A stretch of DNA of 64,000 bases from Escherichia coli (GTDB lineage Bacteria > Pseudomonadota > Gammaproteobacteria > Enterobacterales > Enterobacteriaceae), in the NCBI RefSeq assembly GCF_003018255.1, contig NZ_CP027440.1; one strand, 5' to 3'. The notes below the pieces were generated by a model, which made no database searches, had not been told where the DNA came from, and saw only the letters and a program-made list of their open reading frames with translations. The position numbers were made by a program, and so were the translations under genes. Below, one piece after another: positions 1-10,187 of this stretch (positions are counted from its first letter, which is position 1; each line of letters opens with the position of its first letter).

Positions 1-34
1 CTGAAAAAGTGAACAACAGACAGTGTTCGGATTA

Positions 35-637
35 TCAATATTCAGTTTTTAACGTTGAACTGGATTCATTACTGCGTTGTTTAAGAATATCCCGCGCCGA
101 ATCTGCCATTATCATGACAGCACCTGCCAGCATCAGAGTATCTTTCAATACCAGACGACCAGCACCGGATAAATAAGGGAAACCATGATGAGCGTCACCC
201 AATGCGGGTACCCATGCCTCCGGGGTGGTGATTAAAAATGAGAGTGTTACCAGCGGCGTGGTAAATGCCATCAGCCCTCCCAGTAAACCTAACCAGCGAT
301 TGACAGGATTAGCCAAAACCAGCAGAGCAATAATCACCTCCACGACGCCAAGACCGTTGGAAAAACCATAGGTATTATTAGCCGTTTGCCATGCTCTTGC
401 TTCTGGTTTGTATTCGCCTTCGTGAGTCAGATGCTGTTTATAGTCTTCCGGGTGTTCATAAAAGAACGACATTAGTGGACTGTTTGCGACGAATGGTGTA
501 ATGCTGTCTGCCTCGTAAGGGACAAACTTTAATAACCCAATCCACATAAAAACAATCGCAATACTCAGACGAATCAATGTCAGGCCAATTTTATCTCCCC
601 GACTTAACAGGTGCAGGTATCTTTCCATTGTAAACAT
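35..637 (-). CDS. rclC: DUF417-family inner membrane protein of the reactive-chlorine resistance operon
   Basis: 200-aa ORF, hydrophobic multi-helix protein; position and order next to rclB/rclA match the known rclABC operon (recalled, not searched). Confidence 0.8.
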   Translation of the reverse strand: MFTMERYLHLLSRGDKIGLTLIRLSIAIVFMWIGLLKFVPYEADSITPFVANSPLMSFFYEHPEDYKQHLTHEGEYKPEARAWQTANNTYGFSNGLGVVEVIIALLVLANPVNRWLGLLGGLMAFTTPLVTLSFLITTPEAWVPALGDAHHGFPYLSGAGRLVLKDTLMLAGAVMIMADSARDILKQRSNESSSTLKTEY

Positions 638-639
638 CC

Positions 640-876
640 TTATTTATACAATACTGCTGTTGCGGTTGAATTATTATCAATTCGCATCGATGTAACTTTC
701 CAGGATGAAGCATTATATTTTCTGGCCATATCAGCAATGGCATTCTCAAGAACTGTCGGTGATGCTGATACTGATGAGACGCTGATATGTTTCAGAATTA
801 TTTTATCATCTGCATTGGTGGAAAATGCCATAACGCCAGATAATAGTGTTGCAAATAAAACAGATTTTTTAAACAT
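640..876 (-). CDS. rclB: small DUF1471-family periplasmic protein
   Basis: ORF 640..891; internal Met start MFKKSVLFATLL gives 78 aa with a Sec-type signal peptide; adjacent to rclA and rclC. Confidence 0.75.
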   Translation of the reverse strand: MFKKSVLFATLLSGVMAFSTNADDKIILKHISVSSVSASPTVLENAIADMARKYNASSWKVTSMRIDNNSTATAVLYK

Positions 877-984
877 ATAAAATACCATCAATGAAGTGAT
901 TAAGAAGTTATAAAGTAACAGGGAATTAATAAGATTCTTTTCTCTGAGACGCCGGAATATTTGTTCTGGCGTCTGATTTTGAGT

Positions 985-2310
985 TTATTTGACTAATGAA
1001 AATAGATCATTGAGTGATTCGCTCATCGACGGATGAGTAAATATCTGATCGCGTAATATGCTATAAGGCAGCCCGGCATCCATCACCATTTTCACTATAT
1101 TGATCATCTCGTGGGAGTCAACACATAGCAGTGATGCCCCTAATATACGTTGGGTTTTATTATCAACAATCGCTTTTAATACCCCACGGGTATCGTTCAT
1201 CACTCTGGCGCGCGGAATTGCAGCTACAGGCAATGTCACCACCTGAATATCAGCACCACTCTCTCTGGCTTGTTCTTCTGTCATACCAACCCTGGACAGG
1301 GGCGGTGTCATAAATACGGAATAAGGCACATTTTTCCGATCATCAGTACTACGTTTGCCTTCACCCAGTAACTCATCACGTACAATGCGGTAATCATCTA
1401 GTGATATGTAAGCAAATTGCAGCCCGCCGGTAACATCTCCCATCGCCCAAATATTGTCTGCGGTGGTATGTAATCGCTTGTCAACGACAATTGCCCCGCG
1501 CTCGTTTACTGCGATACCGGCATTTTCTGGATGTAACGAAGCGGTAGCTGGTTGACGACCGGAAGCTATTAACAGTGCATCCACCGCCAGTTGGGCGTGC
1601 TCGCTATGCACTTGCACTTGATTTTCATGGTGACTGATTCGCTCCACATGGGCATTGAGGATTATATCGACACCCTGATCGCGTAAAATCGTCGCGATAT
1701 TATCAGCAATATCCCGATCTTCCCGAGGCAAAAACAGCGAAGCTGCCTCTAAAATGGTTACTTTGCTGCCAAAATTAGCGAACATAGAGGCGAACTCAAC
1801 GCCAATATATCCGCCGCCCAAAATACCTAAATGCCCAGGCAATTCTTTTAGATTAAGTAATCCGGTGCTGTCATATACACCAGGCGTGGTGGTAATTCCA
1901 GGAATTGGCGGAACCACGGCTTGTGCACCGGTATTAATAAAAATTTTCTCGCCATGAATCTCCAGATTTCTCCCAGGCCGATGAACACGCAGGCTATGAT
2001 TATTGATAAACTCCGCCTGGCCGTCGATCACGTCGATATTGGGCATATCCGCAAGATTATGAAAATTCTTATTACGTAAAAAATTAACCACTTCATTTTT
2101 ACGCTGTATGGCACGGACAAAATCTGTGTGCTGCTGTGCGTCATGAACCAATGTTTTGGTTGGGATACAGCCGATATTAATACAGGTCCCGCCATACATT
2201 GCATTTGATTGTTCGATGAGAGCCACACGCCAACCTGCTTTTGCCAGCGTGACGGCTAATGTTTTTCCAGCCTTGCCAAAACCAATAATAACTGCCTGAT
2301 ATTTATTCAT
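985..2310 (-). CDS. rclA: pyridine nucleotide-disulfide (FAD/NAD) oxidoreductase, reactive-chlorine stress
   Basis: ORF 985..2337; start chosen at MNKYQAVIIGFGKAGK (Rossmann GxGxxG right at N-terminus), 441 aa; CxxxxC redox motif (GGTCINIGCIPTK). Confidence 0.9.
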   Translation of the reverse strand: MNKYQAVIIGFGKAGKTLAVTLAKAGWRVALIEQSNAMYGGTCINIGCIPTKTLVHDAQQHTDFVRAIQRKNEVVNFLRNKNFHNLADMPNIDVIDGQAEFINNHSLRVHRPGRNLEIHGEKIFINTGAQAVVPPIPGITTTPGVYDSTGLLNLKELPGHLGILGGGYIGVEFASMFANFGSKVTILEAASLFLPREDRDIADNIATILRDQGVDIILNAHVERISHHENQVQVHSEHAQLAVDALLIASGRQPATASLHPENAGIAVNERGAIVVDKRLHTTADNIWAMGDVTGGLQFAYISLDDYRIVRDELLGEGKRSTDDRKNVPYSVFMTPPLSRVGMTEEQARESGADIQVVTLPVAAIPRARVMNDTRGVLKAIVDNKTQRILGASLLCVDSHEMINIVKMVMDAGLPYSILRDQIFTHPSMSESLNDLFSLVK

Positions 2311-2536
2311 GATGATTTCCTGTCGAAACGCGTTCATTTGACATCATGACTATAGACGCAAAAGAGCAAATAACATTTCTTCACAACGCTTGATATTTTG
2401 TCTTATCGTCTGGTATTTTCTTTTTCTTAATCAGAATCACAAAACAAAAATCATGATTAACTATTTGATGGTATTAGATTAATTATTGACTAAGATTGTT
2501 GGTGTTTGTAATCAAAAAACCACTCAGGAGTCTGAT

Positions 2537-3391
2537 ATGGATGCTCTTAGCCGTTTGTTGATGCTTAACGCTCCACAAGGAACGATCGATAAGAATTGCG
2601 TGTTAGGAAGTGACTGGCAACTTCCACATGGTGCCGGGGAATTGTCGGTTATTCGTTGGCATGCGTTAACGCAAGGAGCGGCGAAGCTGGAAATGCCGAC
2701 GGGAGAGATTTTTAGATTACGCCCGGGAAATGTGGTCCTGCTACCACAAAATTCAGCTCATCGCCTGAGTCATGTCGATAATGAATCGACCTGTATTGTC
2801 TGTGGCACTCTTCGGCTGCAACATTCGGCGCGTTATTTTTTAACATCTTTGCCGGAAACGCTGTTTGTAGCACCAGTGAACCATAGCGTGGAATATAACT
2901 GGCTGAGGGAGGCGATCCCGTTTTTACAACAGGAATCCAGATCGGCAATGCCGGGAGTGGATGCTCTGTGTAGCCAGATCTGCGCTACATTCTTTACCCT
3001 CGCGGTGCGTGAGTGGATTGCACAGGTTAATACAGAGAAAAACATTCTCAGTTTGCTTCTGCATCCACGTCTTGGTGCGGTAATACAGCAAATGCTGGAA
3101 ATGCCAGGACACGCCTGGACCGTCGAATCGCTGGCCAGCATCGCCCACATGTCCCGGGCAAGTTTTGCCCAGCTTTTCCGTGATGTTTCCGGAACCACGC
3201 CGCTGGCTGTATTAACAAAGTTGCGTCTACAAATAGCGGCCCAGATGTTTTCCCGGGAAATGCTCCCTGTTGTGGTGATCGCTGAGTCAGTAGGCTATGC
3301 CAGTGAATCATCTTTTCACAAGGCGTTTGTCCGCGAGTTTGGTTGTACTCCGGGAGAATATCGGGAAAGGGTGAGACAGCTTGCACCCTGA
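2537..3391 (+). CDS. rclR: AraC-family transcriptional activator (redox-sensing), divergent from rclA
   Basis: ORF 2486..3391; ATG at 2537 preceded by AGGAG at 2526-2530; C-terminal AraC-type HTH; 284 aa. Confidence 0.85.
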   Translation: MDALSRLLMLNAPQGTIDKNCVLGSDWQLPHGAGELSVIRWHALTQGAAKLEMPTGEIFRLRPGNVVLLPQNSAHRLSHVDNESTCIVCGTLRLQHSARYFLTSLPETLFVAPVNHSVEYNWLREAIPFLQQESRSAMPGVDALCSQICATFFTLAVREWIAQVNTEKNILSLLLHPRLGAVIQQMLEMPGHAWTVESLASIAHMSRASFAQLFRDVSGTTPLAVLTKLRLQIAAQMFSREMLPVVVIAESVGYASESSFHKAFVREFGCTPGEYRERVRQLAP

Positions 3392-3918
3392 ATAAAACCG
3401 CCAGAAATCAGGGCAAAGATAATCCGCATTCCGGGAGTTGTGAGCCTTTCAACTATTTCTATTTCCAACGGTGGTTTTGGGCTTTATATATTTTTTTTGA
3501 TGGACTCTAGCTCAGTTTTTAAATAAAAACGCAAACTAAATTGCTTTAATTAAATAAAATGCCGACTATTACTTGATACGTAATTATTGTTGGTGATTTT
3601 GTTTGTACACTATCAGTGTATATCTCAATAACCCCTGAATAAGTAGCACTGAATAGGTATAAGGGATGTAGCCTTTTTAAATGGATTTCTTATGCCAAAA
3701 ATGATCGTCGATTTCCCTATAAAATGTGAGCGATGCCGAAAGAAATAAAATTAGTTATTGCATTTGAAGTTTGGATGAAAGATTATCATTTGTCATACAA
3801 ATGAGGGGTGGTATGTTGCTAGCCAATTAAAAAAGAACGCCATATTTATTGATGATTGATCCCCCGGAAGGGGGGAACCATCGGGCATAAATGGGCATGA
3901 AGTAATGGAGTATTAGTT

Positions 3919-4638
3919 GTGAATGTCAATTTCTTTGTCACCTGTATTGGTGACGCCCTGAAATCAAGAATGGCACGAGACTCCGTGCTGCTACTGGAAA
4001 AACTCGGCTGTCGCGTAAATTTCCCGGAGAAACAGGGATGCTGCGGTCAGCCTGCGATCAATAGTGGTTATATCAAAGAAGCGATTCCAGGGATGAAAAA
4101 TCTGATCGCCGCACTGGAGGATAACGACGATCCCATTATTTCACCGGCTGGCTCTTGCACCTATGCCGTAAAAAGTTACCCGACGTATCTGGCGGATGAA
4201 CCTGAATGGGCATCACGTGCCAAAAAGGTTGCCGCGCGTATGCAGGATCTCACCTCTTTTATTGTTAATAAATTAGGGGTAGTCGATGTAGGTGCCAGTT
4301 TGCAAGGGAGAGCGGTGTATCACCCATCTTGTAGCCTGGCCCGTAAGCTGGGGGTGAAGGACGAGCCACTTACGTTACTGAAAAATGTGCGTGGACTGGA
4401 GTTGTTGACCTTTGCTGAACAGGATACCTGCTGCGGATTTGGCGGCACGTTCTCGGTCAAAATGGCCGAAATATCCGGCGAGATGGTGAAAGAAAAGGTT
4501 GCGCACCTGATGGAAGTCCGCCCTGAGTATTTAATAGGTGCTGACGTGAGTTGCCTGCTGAACATCAGTGGGCGATTACAACGGGAAGGGCAGAAAGTCA
4601 AAGTGATGCATATTGCTGAAGTGCTGATGAGCCGCTGA
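3919..4638 (+). CDS. ykgE: cysteine-rich (CCG) domain protein, LutA-like subunit
   Basis: 239-aa ORF with GTG start; repeated CxxCC/CCG motifs; first gene of ykgEFG. Confidence 0.85.
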   Translation: MNVNFFVTCIGDALKSRMARDSVLLLEKLGCRVNFPEKQGCCGQPAINSGYIKEAIPGMKNLIAALEDNDDPIISPAGSCTYAVKSYPTYLADEPEWASRAKKVAARMQDLTSFIVNKLGVVDVGASLQGRAVYHPSCSLARKLGVKDEPLTLLKNVRGLELLTFAEQDTCCGFGGTFSVKMAEISGEMVKEKVAHLMEVRPEYLIGADVSCLLNISGRLQREGQKVKVMHIAEVLMSR

Positions 4639-4648
4639 GGATATAAAG

Positions 4649-6076
4649 ATGTCGATCAAAACCAGTAATACAGATTTTAAGACACGCATCCGTCAGCAAA
4701 TTGAAGATCCGATCATGCGCAAAGCGGTGGCAAACGCGCAGCAGCGTATTGGGGCAAATCGGCAAAAAATGGTCGATGAATTGGGGCACTGGGAGGAGTG
4801 GCGCGATCGGGCCGCCCAGATACGTGATCATGTTCTGAGTAATCTCGACGCTTATCTGTACCAGCTCTCAGAAAAAGTGACGCAAAACGGCGGTCACGTC
4901 TATTTTGCAAAAACCAAAGAAGACGCTACCCGCTACATTTTACAGGTTGCCCAACGCAAAAATGCCCGGAAGGTGGTGAAATCTAAATCGATGGTGACCG
5001 AAGAGATTGGTGTCAATCATGTGTTGCAGGATGCTGGCATTCAGGTGATTGAAACCGATCTGGGTGAATACATTCTCCAGCTGGATCAAGATCCGCCCTC
5101 TCATGTTGTGGTCCCGGCAATTCATAAAGATCGCCATCAGATCCGTCGAGTGCTACACGAACGTCTGGGCTATGAGGGGCCGGAAACGCCTGAAGCGATG
5201 ACCTTATTCATTCGGCAAAAAATCCGCGAAGATTTCCTCAGTGCTGAAATAGGTATTACCGGCTGTAATTTCGCGGTGGCAGAGACCGGTTCGGTATGCC
5301 TGGTGACCAATGAAGGTAATGCGCGAATGTGTACCACGCTGCCTAAAACGCATATTGCAGTGATGGGAATGGAGCGTATTGCCCCCACGTTTGCCGAGGT
5401 AGATGTATTGATCACCATGCTGGCGCGCAGTGCCGTTGGTGCACGTTTGACGGGATACAACACCTGGTTGACAGGACCGCGCGAAGCGGGGCACGTTGAT
5501 GGTCCTGAAGAGTTTCATCTGGTTATTGTCGATAACGGGCGTTCTGAGGTGCTGGCCTCTGAATTTCGGGATGTGCTGCGCTGTATTCGTTGCGGGGCTT
5601 GTATGAATACTTGTCCGGCATATCGCCATATTGGCGGTCATGGATATGGCTCTATTTATCCAGGGCCAATTGGTGCGGTGATTTCCCCGTTACTTGGCGG
5701 CTATAAAGATTTTAAAGATTTACCCTACGCCTGCTCTTTATGCACCGCTTGTGACAGCGTGTGTCCGGTGCGTATTCCGCTGTCAAAACTGATTTTGCGT
5801 CATCGTCGGGTGATGGCTGAAAAAGGGATCACCGCAAAAGCAGAGCAACGGGCGATAAAAATGTTCGCTTATGCCAATAGTCATCCAGGATTGTGGAAAG
5901 TCGGGATGATGGCTGGTGCTCATGCGGCAAGCTGGTTTATCAATGGCGGCAAAACACCACTCAAATTTGGCGCGATTAGCGACTGGATGGAAGCACGCGA
6001 TCTTCCTGAAGCTGACGGAGAGAGTTTCCGTAGTTGGTTTAAGAAACATCAGGCGCAGGAGAATAAGAATGGATAA
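4649..6076 (+). CDS. ykgF: iron-sulfur protein with 4Fe-4S ferredoxin motifs, LutB-like subunit
   Basis: 475-aa ORF; CxxCxxCxxxCP motifs (CIRCGACMNTCP, CSLCTACDSVCP). Confidence 0.9.
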   Translation: MSIKTSNTDFKTRIRQQIEDPIMRKAVANAQQRIGANRQKMVDELGHWEEWRDRAAQIRDHVLSNLDAYLYQLSEKVTQNGGHVYFAKTKEDATRYILQVAQRKNARKVVKSKSMVTEEIGVNHVLQDAGIQVIETDLGEYILQLDQDPPSHVVVPAIHKDRHQIRRVLHERLGYEGPETPEAMTLFIRQKIREDFLSAEIGITGCNFAVAETGSVCLVTNEGNARMCTTLPKTHIAVMGMERIAPTFAEVDVLITMLARSAVGARLTGYNTWLTGPREAGHVDGPEEFHLVIVDNGRSEVLASEFRDVLRCIRCGACMNTCPAYRHIGGHGYGSIYPGPIGAVISPLLGGYKDFKDLPYACSLCTACDSVCPVRIPLSKLILRHRRVMAEKGITAKAEQRAIKMFAYANSHPGLWKVGMMAGAHAASWFINGGKTPLKFGAISDWMEARDLPEADGESFRSWFKKHQAQENKNG

Positions 6077-6764
6077 TCGGAGCGAATTTTTGAATAACGT
6101 TGCTCAGGCACTGGGTCGCCCGCTGCGACTTGAACCGCAAGCAGAAGATGCGCCGCTTAACAACTATGCTAACGAGCGGCTTACCCAACTTACCCAACAG
6201 CAGCGCTGTGACGCGTTTATCCAGTTTGCCAGCGATGTTATGTTGACGCGCTGTGAACTGACCAGCGAGGCGAAGGCGGCAGAAGCTGCAATACGTCTGT
6301 GTAAAGAGCTGGGAGATCAGTCGGTCGTGATTAGTGGTGACACGAGGCTGGAGGAATTGGGGATTAGCGAACGTTTGCAGCAGGAATGCAATGCCGTTGT
6401 TTGGGATCCGGCGAAAGGTATTGAGAACATATCACAAGCAGAGCAGGCTAAAGTGGGCGTCGTATATGCTGAATATGGTTTAACCGAATCGGGAGGCGTG
6501 GTTCTTTTTTCCGCCGCCGGGCGCGGGCGTTCATTGAGCCTGCTCCCGGAATCTTCTCTTTTTATCCTGCGTAAAAGCACAATCCTGCCGCGTGTAGCGC
6601 AACTCGCAGAAAAATTGCATCAGAAAGCGCAGGCCGGTGAACGAATGCCGTCATGTATTAACATCATCAGTGGTCCCAGTTCAACGGCGGACATTGAGCT
6701 TATCAAAGTCGTCGGGGTTCATGGTCCGGTGAAAGCGGTGTATCTGATTATTGAGGATTGCTGA
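6069..6764 (+). CDS. ykgG: LutC-like (DUF162) protein
   Basis: ORF 5916..6764; ATG at 6069 overlaps the ykgF stop by 8 nt (translational coupling), 231 aa. Confidence 0.8.
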   Translation: MDNRSEFLNNVAQALGRPLRLEPQAEDAPLNNYANERLTQLTQQQRCDAFIQFASDVMLTRCELTSEAKAAEAAIRLCKELGDQSVVISGDTRLEELGISERLQQECNAVVWDPAKGIENISQAEQAKVGVVYAEYGLTESGGVVLFSAAGRGRSLSLLPESSLFILRKSTILPRVAQLAEKLHQKAQAGERMPSCINIISGPSSTADIELIKVVGVHGPVKAVYLIIEDC

Positions 6765-6868
6765 GAGAGATATGAAGTCTGGACATAAACCTGAAGGCGG
6801 CACGAGGTTGTGAATTGCGTTAAGGACAACCTGACTTAACCCCGTTCCGTCATGGTTATGCTGCTCTT

Positions 6869-6909
6869 CTGTAAATATCCTGACATTAATAATGCCAGGA
6901 TATTTACAG
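6869..6909. terminator. perfect 14-bp-stem hairpin between convergent ykgG and ykgH (likely bidirectional terminator)
   Basis: CTGTAAATATCCTG - 13 nt loop - CAGGATATTTACAG read directly from the sequence. Confidence 0.5.
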
Positions 6910-7004
6910 TGAAAAAGACAGGAATCCATTCCTGAAGACGGGCTCCCTTCCCGGTCATTGTCACTATAGTTTTATACAGGCACTCTCTGTCAGAATGCTG
7001 TTTA

Positions 7005-7673
7005 TTACTGCCCAGAGTTTTGTGGGTATTCATCTACCATTTTTTTGACAAGGCAAAACATTACAGAAATCACAATGCTTAGAAAAAATCCCAGAGCCAG
7101 GCAAATGGCAGCAGGGTATTTATTTTTTATTTCTGGTGAGCTTATAGTGACACAGCCATCACCGTTTGGATACAGTGACCAGTTCCTGGTCAGGTATATC
7201 ATTTTTGTATAAAGCTCACTGTTAATTGCTGAAGGCGTTTGTATCTCATCGAGAACTTGCCTGCCATTATGGTATTCTGACGCATACCATTTGATGATAG
7301 ACGCCTGCACGCGAGATATTTCCGCTTCAGCAGTTGGTAAATCTCTCTTATCTCCTGACCATTCCAGCTTTATTTCTCTGTTCTTGACATCTGGGCTGGT
7401 TTGAAAAAATGTAGTAATTCGCTGAATAACATCTTCAGTCATTGTGGTCTGACAGGCAAAGTTATTATTGCTATCACAGCTAACAAGTATGCCTGGTGTT
7501 GTCTGGTTTATTTTTAGGCTGTAACTCACTTTTATATTATCTTTATTGATATACAGAAACAACAGCACCATTGCCATACAGATAGCTATAATAAAAAGGA
7601 TAACACGAATCTTTTTTTTCAGATAAAATAAAATCTCAATCAGATCGATATCCTGTTTGATTTGTTCACTCAT
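7005..7673 (-). CDS. ykgH: predicted membrane-anchored protein of unknown function
   Basis: 222-aa ORF with one N-terminal transmembrane segment (VILFIIAICMAMVLLFLYI) and a second near the C-terminus. Confidence 0.75.
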   Translation of the reverse strand: MSEQIKQDIDLIEILFYLKKKIRVILFIIAICMAMVLLFLYINKDNIKVSYSLKINQTTPGILVSCDSNNNFACQTTMTEDVIQRITTFFQTSPDVKNREIKLEWSGDKRDLPTAEAEISRVQASIIKWYASEYHNGRQVLDEIQTPSAINSELYTKMIYLTRNWSLYPNGDGCVTISSPEIKNKYPAAICLALGFFLSIVISVMFCLVKKMVDEYPQNSGQ

Positions 7674-7753
7674 AATATATTCAGAGAATAAAATCTGCCG
7701 CAGATAAATGAATTAATAGTCTGTATCAGGAATGTTCGGGTTAAATATCAGCA

Positions 7754-7816
7754 AATATCCAGCATCATGAATACTGGATATTTATAGCCTGCAGGCAGCA
7801 TACTGCTGCCTGCAGG
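7754..7816. terminator. two adjacent hairpins downstream of the autotransporter gene / upstream of ykgH
   Basis: AAATATCCAG..CTGGATATTT (7754-7784, 10-bp arms) followed by CCTGCAGGCAGCA-TAC-TGCTGCCTGCAGG (7788-7816, perfect 13-bp stem). Confidence 0.45.
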
Positions 7817-7854
7817 GGGTATAACAGTCGACAGGGGAACCGACTGCTTTATTC

Positions 7855-10179
7855 TTACCAGGTCACATTGATACCAACTACACCCTGTAGCGGATTCTCA
7901 ATGTCGTCACCTTTGGTGTAGTCAAGGCTTGCATATGCTCCCATGTTTTTGGTGATATCAGCCTGTACACCTGCACCCACGCGGAATGCTGCACCGTCAA
8001 TGCTGGCATTGACAGACTCATCACCCAGACGGACTTTGTTGCCATCAGAGAATTCGTTCAGTGCGGCTAGATTCAGATAAGGTTTAACGGTCGCGTTGCC
8101 CACAGCGAAGTCATAACCCACGCGCGTACCGGCCTCACCCAGCACAGAGTTATAGCTGTCAGAATGAACGTCCACGCCGTTGAGTTGATAATCCACACCT
8201 TCCAGAGTCAGAGCAGACAGTTTGGCATATGGCTGAATAAACAGGCCATTACCGTCTTTCCATGTGTAACCGCCTTTAACCATCGCACCAAAACCATTGG
8301 TGTTAAAGTCAGCTTTGATGGTACCGCCACCATTCATCAGGCGAACATCTGCCGTGTTGCTGTAGTGACCAAACTGTGCAGCAGTATCAATGAAGATACC
8401 GTTGTTATACTGGCGGCTCAGGTAAGCGTGGAAGCTGTAACCTTCAGTGTCACCTTTGCTCTGCATGGTACTCATGTCACCTTTCGCAGAAGACATCGCC
8501 ACACCGGCCAGCCAGCTACCATCTTCAGTTATGAAGCGGGTATCACCACCCAGCATTACACCATTTACATCCAGGTCATAGGATGCATTTCCCGCGGTGG
8601 TATGTTTCTGTTTACCGCCAAAGTACTGAATCCATACGCCGCCCTTGTCATTTTCGCTCAGACGGACAGCATCCTGACGGGCGGAGAGCGTGTCAGCCTG
8701 CAGATTAGCAACGTTAGCCGGAGCAGCTGCCATTGCCTGAATCACGGAGCTGGCGTTGGATGCTTTATGCGTGTTTTTTACGAAATAAAAGTTACCATCA
8801 GCTCCCTGTGTCAGGTCATATTGATACAGACCACCTTCCGTTGTGCCTGTGGCTTTTAGAGTGCTGTCTTTGCCGGTAGAAATAAATGCCGTTTGTTCAT
8901 TGATAAGATCCAATGAACCCGCACTGTAAACACGCAAGTCACCGCTCGCTTTTCCGCTGATATCCAGAGTGTTTTCAGAAGAGGCATCAACAATCAGAGT
9001 GCCGTTTTGAGAAACAAACGTGCCAGTATTGACTGTAGCCTTCGTGATATTTACCGTACTGTCTTTTACTGCCAGAGCATCAACAGTTGAGGAACCCGTA
9101 ACATTCCAGACAGACCCGTTTTGCAGAGATACGTTGGCATCTCCTGCCCCTGAAACTTTGCCTTTCCAGACTGAACTATCGGAAAGATTTATATCCAGAT
9201 TACTACCCGCTTTATCGCCGCTATTGAAGGTATAAGCATTACCTTCCCAGTAAGAGCGGGCAACGTTCATGTTTACATTTGTTGTGGTACCGACTGAATT
9301 CTCGCTTTCAGAAAGGGCCAGGATATCAGAGTAGATGGTTGAATCAGCAACAGACAAATTTAAATTTTGCGTTGCTGAACCTGCGCCTTGTGCCGAAGCA
9401 GAGGCATAAATTGTTTGTTTATTATTAGCCGCCCCAATTACTGAGCCATCCTTAATATTCAGGTTGACTGTATGAGTTCCCGTATTATTCCCGGCAATAA
9501 CTATTGCTTCAATCCGACCATTAATAATATTTGAGCCAGCAAGGGTAATGTTGTCGGTTGCATCACCGTTAAAACTATTCAATAAGCTACCCTTTTGAGC
9601 AAAAATTGCCGTGGAGGCGTTGCTGGAACTCTTATTACCTTGAGCATTTATGGTTGTGCCATTAAGCGTGACATTATTTCCCTGGGCCCCTTCCAGAGAT
9701 ATCCCTGTCGCACTACCTTTTTCATTTTTTGCAACGAAATTACCGCCATTAACAACAACATCGCCAGTTGAATCAATGACCATTGCAGTCCGGGCATAGG
9801 TGCCTTCACCTTGAGCTGTGATGGTGGAGCCTGTAGCATTAATCACAACATTTTTGTCACCGCTAACTTTTACACCTTTAACGAATTCTTTATCTGCCGT
9901 TGATTCAGCAGTAATATCATGACCACCAAAAGTAACATTAAGGTCTTTATCTTCCGCATTAATTGTTGCGGCTGTAATCTGTGTAGTACCACTAATAACA
10001 ACATCTTGTTCCAGAGTTGTCTTATCTTTATCCAATGTAACCGGTGTAGTTGATACCGCGTTATCAGCAGCGAATGCTGGTGCAGAAAGAGCCATAACAA
10101 TAGCTGTTGCTAATGCGCTGCGGTAAAATGCCTTACTGTTTTTCATGAAGAAATTCTCCATTCTGGTAACTAATTTCAA
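7855..10179 (-). CDS. AIDA-I-type (type Va) autotransporter adhesin, UpaB/UpaE-like
   Basis: 774-aa ORF; N-terminal signal peptide (ALATAIVMALSAPAFA), long Gly/Thr/Asn/Ser-rich repetitive passenger typical of beta-helix adhesins, C-terminal beta-barrel ending in aromatic residue (GINVTW). Start could be an internal Met (MKNSKAF). Confidence 0.8.
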   Translation of the reverse strand: MKLVTRMENFFMKNSKAFYRSALATAIVMALSAPAFAADNAVSTTPVTLDKDKTTLEQDVVISGTTQITAATINAEDKDLNVTFGGHDITAESTADKEFVKGVKVSGDKNVVINATGSTITAQGEGTYARTAMVIDSTGDVVVNGGNFVAKNEKGSATGISLEGAQGNNVTLNGTTINAQGNKSSSNASTAIFAQKGSLLNSFNGDATDNITLAGSNIINGRIEAIVIAGNNTGTHTVNLNIKDGSVIGAANNKQTIYASASAQGAGSATQNLNLSVADSTIYSDILALSESENSVGTTTNVNMNVARSYWEGNAYTFNSGDKAGSNLDINLSDSSVWKGKVSGAGDANVSLQNGSVWNVTGSSTVDALAVKDSTVNITKATVNTGTFVSQNGTLIVDASSENTLDISGKASGDLRVYSAGSLDLINEQTAFISTGKDSTLKATGTTEGGLYQYDLTQGADGNFYFVKNTHKASNASSVIQAMAAAPANVANLQADTLSARQDAVRLSENDKGGVWIQYFGGKQKHTTAGNASYDLDVNGVMLGGDTRFITEDGSWLAGVAMSSAKGDMSTMQSKGDTEGYSFHAYLSRQYNNGIFIDTAAQFGHYSNTADVRLMNGGGTIKADFNTNGFGAMVKGGYTWKDGNGLFIQPYAKLSALTLEGVDYQLNGVDVHSDSYNSVLGEAGTRVGYDFAVGNATVKPYLNLAALNEFSDGNKVRLGDESVNASIDGAAFRVGAGVQADITKNMGAYASLDYTKGDDIENPLQGVVGINVTW

Positions 10180-10187
10180 TTTCCCAC

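Noticed and set aside
5916-6068. N-terminal extensions of ORF-track entries (for example ykgG from 5916, codB from 47240, mhpR to 60703, lacA to 54080)
   Set aside because: Extensions overlap upstream genes or REP elements and lack RBS; internal starts give the expected protein lengths.
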